Assembly (NCBI GenBank): GCA_950097015.1
Contig: CATNEN010000012.1
Span: forward strand, 2,728,001-2,792,000
Reading direction: 5' to 3'
DNA length: 64,000 bases
Origin: Macrostomum hystrix
Taxonomy: Eukaryota; Animalia; Platyhelminthes
The notes beneath the pieces were generated by a model that was not told where the DNA came from, did no database searches, and worked only from the letters and a program-made list of their open reading frames with translations. The position numbers and the translations under genes were made by a program. Numbering within the stretch: position 1 is the stretch's first letter; each line of letters begins with the position of its first letter. This document shows, in pieces, positions 55,650-64,000 of this stretch.

Positions 55650-56210
55650 CAAATGTTCTTCTCCTACTGCCTACCTCCACTGCCTAACTCCGCTACCTAC
55701 CTCCACTGCCTAACTCCGCTACCTACCTCCGCTGCCTACCTCCGCTGCCTACCTCCGCTACCTACCTGCCTCCACTGTTCCACTTCCGCTGCCTACCTTC
55801 GCTGCCTACCTCCACTGCCTACCTCCACTGCCTACCGGCCTCCACTGTTCCACTTCCACTGCCTACCTCCGCTGCCTACCTCCTCTGTCTACCTTCGCTG
55901 TCTACCTCCTGTTTTTAACTTCACTGTCTACCTTCGCTGTCTACCTCCTGTTTTTAACTTCACTGTCTAACTTCGCTGTCTACCTCCTGTTTTTAACTTC
56001 ACTGTCTACCTTCGCTGTCTACCTCCTGTTTTTAACTTCACTGTCTACCTTCGCTGTCTACCTCCTGTTTTTAAATTCACTTTCTAACTTCGCTGTCTAC
56101 CTCCTGTTTTTAACTTCACTGTCTACCTTCGCTGTCTACCTCCTGTTTTTAACTTCACTGTCTACCTTCGCTGTCTACCTCCTGTTTTTAAATTCACTGT
56201 CTACCTTCAC
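55650..56210. repeat. CT-rich degenerate repeat merging into a 39-bp minisatellite (CTGTCTACCTTCGCTGTCTACCTCCTGTTTTTAACTTCA)
   Basis: About 7-8 regular copies from ~55900. Confidence 0.9.
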
Positions 56211-57118
56211 AGCCTCCACTGTCTCCCTTTCTGTCTCCCTTCGGGTCCTAATCCGTCAGCCCTTGTAATTGCCGCAATGTAGTTGCCTCTGTCATTCTGT
56301 GTCGCAGAGTAGCAGCAAAAAGAAGCAAAAAAACGGTTCGTTGCAGGCACACAACAGCGCAACAGAGACTATGCAATTGGAGCACGGACTCAGGGCGTAG
56401 AACAGCCGCTCTGCTCTAACACCCTCCCCCGCCTCCGCTCACCGATTCCAGCCAATGGGATCCCAGAGCGCCTCCCAGCGGTCCGGGGGTTGGCTGGTCC
56501 GGCGTGGGGCTTGTCCGACCACCCCACCCTCCTCACCGATCCACGGCACCTTCTACAGCTACTGAAGTATAATTTCCAGTTAGAAACTCGCTGTGGATTC
56601 CTGCTCAGCTTGCTAAACAATATCGAAAGTTTCTTTTTTCCAACTGAAAAAGCCAAAAAGTACAGGCCAGAAACTTCGCCGCATTGACCTGCGGTGCTAA
56701 ATGGTTGACGACTGGGTCATCAAGACAATGTACGCCACCAAGCGGCGACGCCGCGTCAGCAAAAAGTGAGTCCGCTTCTGGAGTTGATCATCTTTGTTGC
56801 CATTGTTCTGTCAATTGAGACTGTACTTGGGTATATAGATTTTTTATCCAAACTCGACATCAGGTCAACTGAACAGAATTGTCATGCAAACTTTGCTCTG
56901 CAATGCCAGACATTCAGGACAATGGCAACGATTTCGCCAACGAGTTGGGCAAATAGATTTTCTTTTCGAAAATGAGAAAATAATTGATTAAAGTTGCATA
57001 TCCGATGATGAAATTGATGGGCGGTGCTTCGTTGCATGACAGTCGAACAGGTCGGGCGTAAATCTGCTTTAATTAGGATTCTGCATTCTGCGTCTCTTTG
57101 GGTCTCATATTTTCAAAA

Positions 57119-57155
<37 letters not shown>

Positions 57156-58314
57156 ATGCTGAGCCCAATTGAAACCTAGTGAAAATTAAGACTCAAACCC
57201 GACTGCTGTTGCTTTCACCTGCATGGCTGTATATCTGAAAAGCCCCTCTGATTACACCTGGGACTAACTTTTCTTTTCTAGGAAATTTATTTCTATTATG
57301 CTTGTTTTCTTCCCTTTTTGGGGATTAAATTCCCGAGAGAAATCAATTCTTTTTCTAACAATATATGCAGTCACATTGGACAGGTGCGCCAATCATGGCA
57401 GTGACGCTTATTCGAACTGAAAGCCTAGCACAGGTTGCTATAGAAGATTACACAGTGTCCACAAGACAGCGAGTAAAGAAAATCTGAAATTGAAACTCCA
57501 CTTTTTCTGTTGTTGAGATTCAAAAGTATTAGCGATGATAGCATTGGCCACGTGCGATCGGTGGCATGTGTTTTGGTCGGGACAAGCGGATAAGGATCTG
57601 AAAATCTCCTTGGCTTCAGGTGGTCCGCGTTGGTTACTATACATGCGCGCATTTTGGGATAAAGAGGGTATTAAGTGAGGGACCAAGCATTCCAGTAGCC
57701 ATTCCCTGCAAAAGTGAAGATGTCTATCAGTGGGTGTGCATAATAGTCGTTATTATAAAAATCAGATATTCTATGATAGCGGTCTAGTAGTCCCACCGGC
57801 ACACCATCATGGCTTGCTGATCAGTTTTTAGTTTGTCTTATCAAGATTACCAATTGGTCTGATTCATCCTAAATCTGGGAATTCCTCTATCTATACTCAA
57901 TGCACTGCTCAAAATCATCTTCAACAAACTAGCTTCGTCACACAATTCACACGCTAACTTATAAAATAGCTACATAGAATGTGCGTGTTGTCAATAACAT
58001 GTGCTATTGTGCAATCACGGGGGATGCACTTAATTTAGACAATAATCGTTTTTAGATAAACTCTCTTCGTCGGTCTAACTGCAGATCATTTGGGAAATTC
58101 TGGTTGCGCAATACTTATTGACTTCAACTGTGGATTGCGCAACACCTTAACGGAATGGTCGGCTCCGCCCCAAACAGTCGCCTCTCTCACTGAATTTGTT
58201 GTCGATTCTTGTCGTCTATGGCCTAATCCGATTCAACAAGTGTTAAAGGCTTCTGTTCAAACATGATTTACCCATTTTTAGCTCAGTTTCGACATCCGCC
58301 TCCCTAACAGTCTA

Positions 58315-60830
58315 CCTCCGAACCCTACTGTCTACCTCCGCTACTCCTACTGTCCACCTCTGCTACTCCTATTGTCTACCTCCGCTGCTCCTATTGTCTA
58401 CCTCCGCTACTCCTACTGTCTACCTCCGCTACTCCTACTGTCCACCTCTGCTACTCCTATTGTCTACCTCCGCTGCTCCTATTGTCTACCTCCGCTACTC
58501 CTATTGTCTACCTCCGCTACTCCTACTGTCTACCTCCGCTACTCCTATTGTCTACCTCCGCTGCTCCTATTGTCTACCTCCGCTACTCCTATTGTCTACC
58601 TCCGCTACTCCTACTATCTACCTCCGCTACTCCTACTGTCTACCTCCGCTACTCCTACTGTCTACCTCCGCTACTCCTACTACTGTCTACCTCCGCTACT
58701 CCTACTACTGTCTACCTCCGCCACTCCTATTGTCTACCTCCGCTACTCCTACTGTCTACCTCCGCTACTCCTACTGTCTACCTCCGCTACTCCTACTACT
58801 GTCTACCTCCGCCACTCCTACTGTCTACCTCCGCTACTCCTACTGTCTACCTCCACTACTCCTACTGTCTACCTCCGCTACTCCTACTGTCCACCTCCGC
58901 TACTCCTACTGTCTACCTCCGCTACTCCTACTGTCTACCTCCGCTACTCCTACTACTGTCTACCTCCGCCACTCCTACTGTCTACCTCCGCTACTCCTAC
59001 TGTCTACCTCCGCTACTCCTACTGTCTACCTCCGCTACTCCTACTGTCTACCTCCGCTACTTCCGCTGCCCTCTCTCTCTGCCTCCACTGCCTCTTCTGT
59101 CTACCCTCTCCTTCTGTCTGTCTGCCTTTCTTGTATATAATTTCAACAAGCAAAAAAAGATCTATATTGGCAGAATGCTTCAAGCTGCAGGTGAGGTTGC
59201 TAAACAGAAAACTTTTGTCCGGTAGAGTCTCTGCCCACTCCTAAAGTCGACCTCACATGCGGATTGACGGGGCTTTAAAAAAATCAGTTGTGAACGGAAC
59301 GGGCTGGAATTAAGCTTGTAGGCTGATTCAGTTGTGGAAGTCGCTTACGGAAATTAACTTGCTAGTATAATCAGTGTCAGCAGAGCACCTCCTGCAGGTG
59401 TTAGGGGTCTGAGTTGCATTATAGATTTTGCATATTGTACACATGAATATGGCGAAAAAACTGTGCCAATAAGTGAATAACTTTTTTTTCTATTTCGGTC
59501 TGATAAAAAAGCAACAATCTTATTGTTTAATATCCAATATATCCTCTATGTCTACACGATTCTAAAACAGCTATGATCTGTTGCCATACTGCAACAGTCT
59601 TTGTTTTCTATTCTGCAGCATAAGTAGTGTTTGTGTCAAGTCTTTGTAGACAATAGGAGTAGACAGTAGGATTAGCGGAGGTAGACAGTAGGAGTGGCGG
59701 AGGTAGACAGTAGGAGTAGCGGAGGTAGACAGTAGGAGTAGCGGAGGTAGACAGTCAGTTAGAGTAGCGGAGGTAGACAGTCAGTTAGAGTAGCGGAGGT
59801 AGACAGTCAGTTAGAGTAGCGGAGGTAGACAGTAGGAGTAGCGGAGGTAGACAGTAGTAGGAGTGGCGGAGGTAGACAGTAGGAATGGCGGAGGTAGACA
59901 GTCAGTTAGAGTAGCGGAGGTAGTGGAGGTAGACAGTAGGAGTGGCGGAGGTAGACAGTAGGAGTGGCGGAGGTAGACAGTAGGAGTGGCGGAGGTAGAC
60001 AGTAGGAGTGGCGGAGGTAGACAGTAGGAGTGGCGGAGGTAGACAGTAGGAGTGGCGGAGGTAGACAGTAGGAGTGGCGGAGGTAGACAGTAGGAGTGGC
60101 GGAGGTAGACAGTAGGAGTGGCGGAGGTAGACAGTAGGAGTGGCGGAGGTAGACAGTAGGAGTGGCGGAGGTAGACAGTAGGAGTGGCGGAGGTAGACAG
60201 TAGGAGTGGCGGAGGTAGACAGTAGGAGTGGCGGAGGTAGACAGTAGGAGTGGCGGAGGTAGACAGTAGGAGTGGCGGAGGTAGACAGTAGGAGTGGCGG
60301 AGGTAGACAGTAGGAGTGGCGGAGGTAGACAGTAGGAGTGGCGGAGGTAGACAGTAGGAGTGGCGGAGGTAGACAGTAGGAGTAGCGGAGGTAGACAGTA
60401 GGAGTGGCGGAGGTAGACAGTAGGAGTGGCGGAGGTAGACAGTAGGAGTGGCGGAGGTAGACAGTAGGAGTGGCGGAGGTAGACAGTAGGAGTGGCGGAG
60501 GTAGACAGTAGGAGTGGCGGAGGTAGACAGTAGGAGTGGCGGAGGTAGACAGTAGGAGTGGCGGAGGTAGACAGTAGGAGTGGCGGAGGTAGACAGTAGG
60601 AGTGGCGGAGGTAGACAGTAGGAGTGGCGGAGGTAGACAGTAGGAGTGGCGGAGGTAGACAGTAGGAGTGGCGGAGGTAGACAGTAGGAGTGGCGGAGGT
60701 AGACAGTAGGAGTGGCGGAGGTAGACAGTAGGAGTGGCGGAGGTAGACAGTAGGAGTGGCGGAGGTAGACAGTAGGAGTGGCGGAGGTAGACAGTAGGAG
60801 TGGCGGAGGTAGCGAAGGTAGACAGTAGGA
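58315..60830. repeat. Two arrays of the same 22-bp unit in inverted orientation around a ~600-bp spacer (foldback structure)
   Basis: Left arm (CTACTCCTACTGTCTACCTCCG)n at 58315-59060. Right arm (GTAGACAGTAGGAGTGGCGGAG)n at 59655-60830 is its reverse complement. Confidence 0.92.
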
Positions 60831-62499
60831 GTGTGGTTCTACTGCAGAAGCGGCAGCATTGGTAGACCTGTGTTAACCAGAAAAGTTGAATGCGGAGTTC
60901 TTCTGAAAGAGTTCAACAGTTCCTAACAATTATCATTATCTATTAAGTGGAACGGGTGTACAGCTAACCATTGCATAATTAAATTCCGAAGCAGCTGGGG
61001 CGGAAATGACTTTAAGAATGCCTATTAGAGAACAGGACTCATGCACTGCTCTGAGCAGCTTTGTGTGGGCGTGGTGGACAAGTTAATTATAGACTGCGTT
61101 AGATTATTTAGTTGAGTGCTATTTAAAAACTGCGAATCCTTTTTCGACTTTTGACAAAGGAAGCCTTGTAGTAGGCGCAGTGTTAGACTCCAATGAAACC
61201 GTTCGGTATTGTTGCCAATTATTTAAAAATGATCTTTTCATCCCAAACTCATTGTGACATTCCGGAGCCTGCTCAGTGATGTGTGCAACACCGTGAAATA
61301 AAAAACACAATGAGGAACTACAAATTGAGAAGGGACAATTAGAATAAATTGATCGACTGAAGTTTTTTTTCGCTATCTTCGAATGACAGGTTTAAAAATA
61401 ACATTGACAATTGTGAGACAGAGGCCAAGTGAAAGTCAAGCATCGCTTATTTCTGCACTGACCCAGTTGCACTGCACATAGGCAGTTGAATAAATAGGTG
61501 ATGGACACAGACAGACACAAGGGGTTAGACATGCAGGGAAAACAATGCTCATATTTAAGGCGCATTTTTGACTGCTTTATCTGCACCCTCCATGGCTCTC
61601 AGTGGGAGGTGGCTGCGGCTGCAGCTGCGGTGACCCCAGACGCCATGATGTCGCCATCAAGTGGAAAAGGGAGCAGCAGCGGCAGCAGCAGCAGTTTTAG
61701 TAATAAGTAGTCAGATACGAGTGCCTCAAGTGTGTGTGTGTTTCTATGTCTGTCTGACAGTGATTTTGGCGACACAGGTTGGCTAATGTATGAACTCATT
61801 CTATTTTCTCTGAGCACAGCTAGCAGTGGAGTAGGGCGACGTTTGATCAATCTTTTATTCTTTGTTCTTTGTTATCATTGTCTCTTTGGCTTATTAATTC
61901 TCTTTCTTATGTAGATTTGGGTTTTACCTGTTTATGATATTTCGTCGAGAAATTATGTATCGTGCGTAGGAGGAGAAACGTGGTTTCTATCGTTTATTGT
62001 CGGTTCTGTCACAATGGACTACTTGAATAACAGGTTGACAATCAGGACTAGCCGCTTCATTAACCTCTTATAGGACTCAGTTCTGATTGCTGCTTGCGTG
62101 ACTTCTGAGATTTGCGATACTAAAGCAGACCTGTTTCTATTCCACTGTTCCCAATTTTTCCTGTCTTTGCCTCTTCTGAAAGGTGTAGCGAGAATTTAGC
62201 TAGATAGTGTGTGTGTTTGTGTCACTTCTTTGCTCATAAAAAAGCTGAACAGCAGTCAGAAATTCTTCCCGATTCGATTTGGGAAATCTCGGCCTCTGAC
62301 GCCTTTTGTGTGTAGGCAAGAATGCCGAACAATGTTTGCTCGTGTCGCTTTGAGCTGATTGCTTGCTTGAGCAGTGCGTGTTACTGCGCAGATCCTCAGA
62401 TCAGCGAGTCCAGATTCTGGGTCTTGTGGAAGGCTTACCTGCCGCATCAGAATGCTGTGCTTTCTGTCCCTGACTTTCTTCTGACTCCTATATCCCCCT

Positions 62500-62955
62500 A
62501 TATTTTCCCATATTCTCCCTTCATTCTCCCAACTCTCTCCATTCATTCTTCCGTCTCTATTCCTTCATTTTCCCATCTCTCTCCCTTCATTCTCCCAACT
62601 CTCTCCATTCATTCTTCCGTCTCTATCTCTTCATTTTCCCATCTCTCTCCCTTCATTCTCCCATCTCTATTCCTTCATTCTCCCATCTCTATCCCTTCAT
62701 TCTCCCAACTCTCTTCCTTCATTCTCCCATCTCTCTCCCTTCATTCTCCCATCTCTATCCCTTCAATTTCCTATCTCTATCCCTTCATTCTCCCATCTCT
62801 ATCCCTTCATTCTCCCATCTCTATCCCTTCATTCTCCCATCTCTATTCCTTCATTCTCCCATCTCTATTCCTTCATTCTCCCATATCTATTCCTTCATTC
62901 TCCCATATCTATCCCTTCATTCTCCCATCTCTCTCCCTTCATTCTCTCATCTCTC
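62500..62955. repeat. ~22-bp CT-rich minisatellite (CCCTTCATTCTCCCATCTCTAT)
   Basis: Direct periodicity. Confidence 0.9.
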
Positions 62956-63073
62956 TATTGCTATTGCATGCCAGTTATAACTATTGCTACACTTATTTAT
63001 TATAATAGACTCAAGTCTATAGTCAGTTAGGGAATTGCGTGCAAATAATAGTCTGTGTCTATTCAAGTAACCC

Positions 63074-63104
<31 letters not shown>

Positions 63105-63714
63105 TGGCGGCAGTGTTGTCCCTTACATAATCAATAGCGTGACATGTGGGCATTGTAGCAAATAGTATTAAAAAAACTTTAAAAAGTAAATTGAAATTTA
63201 TAGAATAGTCCAGCATAGATTAATTTTTTTCTTTAATTCATTTTCAGTCTCAATATGTCTATCAGGTAGACTTTCGCTCAGTTGTCAGTAGATAGCCAAC
63301 GCAAAGTTCTGTTCTGTTCCGCATAAAAAACGCTGTCATTATCTACTCCAAACGCCGCTGCGAAGGCCACGCCCCCCAGTCCATTGTTGAGTGTTATTTA
63401 TAAATGCCAACTCTGAATATATTGTGTTTTTATTTAAATCGGCTCGGACAATTATGGGATAATCTCCCTTCCCTTATTCTCCTACTTTTTTTACCGCTTA
63501 GCCTGCTTTGGTGTTTTGTTAACACAACAATGGGCTGAAGGATTTACAAATATACAGGGCATTGTTGGAATATCGCCCTTTTCTAGTTGGCTGGAGTTAA
63601 GCTTCAGACTAAATGTTTTCTCATTAGCAATTTGCTGGGATTTCCCTTTTGGCATAATGATACGTTGAACTGGGTGGTGCTTGACGAAGCTAGATTAATG
63701 TGCAGAAATACAGG

Positions 63715-64000
63715 GAAGGGCAAGAATCGGGAGAAAAGGAAGAATTGGGAGAAAGGGAAGAATTGGGAGAAAGGGAAGAATTGGGAGAAAGGGAAGAATT
63801 GGGAGAAAGGGAAGAATTGGGAGAAAGGGAAGAATCGGGAGAAATTGAAGAATTGGGAGAAAGGGAAGAATTGGGAGAAAGGGAAGAATCGGGAGAAATT
63901 GAAGAATTGGGAGAAAGGGAAGAATTGGGAGAAAGGGAAGAATTAAGAGAATGGGAAGAATTGGTAGAAAGGGATGAATTGGGAGAAAAGGAAGAATTGG
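63715..64000. repeat. 18-bp minisatellite (GAATTGGGAGAAAGGGAA), running off the window
   Basis: Direct periodicity; source of the WEKGKN pseudo-ORF. Confidence 0.92.

Noticed and set aside
56390-57700. Short ORFs and splice-like sites on the minus strand (possible 5' exons of the 51.3-kb ORF)
   Set aside because: No consistent frame chain or recognisable motif, so a model cannot be supported without transcripts.
58372-59244. Three overlapping ~250-290 aa YCLPPLLLL ORFs
   Set aside because: The 22-bp satellite reads through all three frames; artefact.
62500-64000. Second foldback between the CT-rich 22-mer and GA-rich 18-mer arrays
   Set aside because: Periods differ and the shared sequence is low-complexity purine/pyrimidine skew only.
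1-64000. tRNA, rRNA or snRNA genes and telomeric repeats
   Set aside because: No cloverleaf with A/B boxes, conserved rRNA segment or (TTAGGG)n tract was recognised by eye; tRNAscan-SE or Infernal would be needed to exclude them.

Overview
Eukaryotic (animal) genomic DNA with GT-AG introns, very rich in minisatellites and transposons. It resembles a free-living flatworm such as Macrostomum, but that is an impression I cannot verify. The first 4.2 kb is an apparently intact Ngaro-type tyrosine-recombinase (DIRS-order) retrotransposon with gag, RT/RNase H, YR and split direct repeats. I can read two expression signals in it: a canonical A_AAA_AAC -1 frameshift site at the gag stop, and a phase-matched splice that would fuse the Gag N-terminus to the ATG-less recombinase. 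Host genes reconstructed by hand are: a ~750-aa Sp17-like RIIa-domain protein with 10 IQ motifs, a candidate GAP-43-like alternative first exon and a candidate giant repeat terminal exon (5.4-22.9 kb); a PEX19-like gene ending in CaaX; a CDC42SE/SPEC-like CRIB gene; a Bcl-G-like Bcl-2 family gene; and a ~900-aa orphan ORF. A transposon-dense zone at 31.7-40.9 kb holds a Merlin transposase, three small elements with 8-9 bp target-site duplications, a B-box ORF, a MITE and a Chapaev/RAG1-like transposase split into oppositely oriented halves. An internally deleted mariner and foldback-like inverted satellite arrays lie further right. There are no CRISPR arrays, and I could not support any rRNA or tRNA gene. 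All exon models and homology calls were made by eye and from recalled family motifs, not from database searches.
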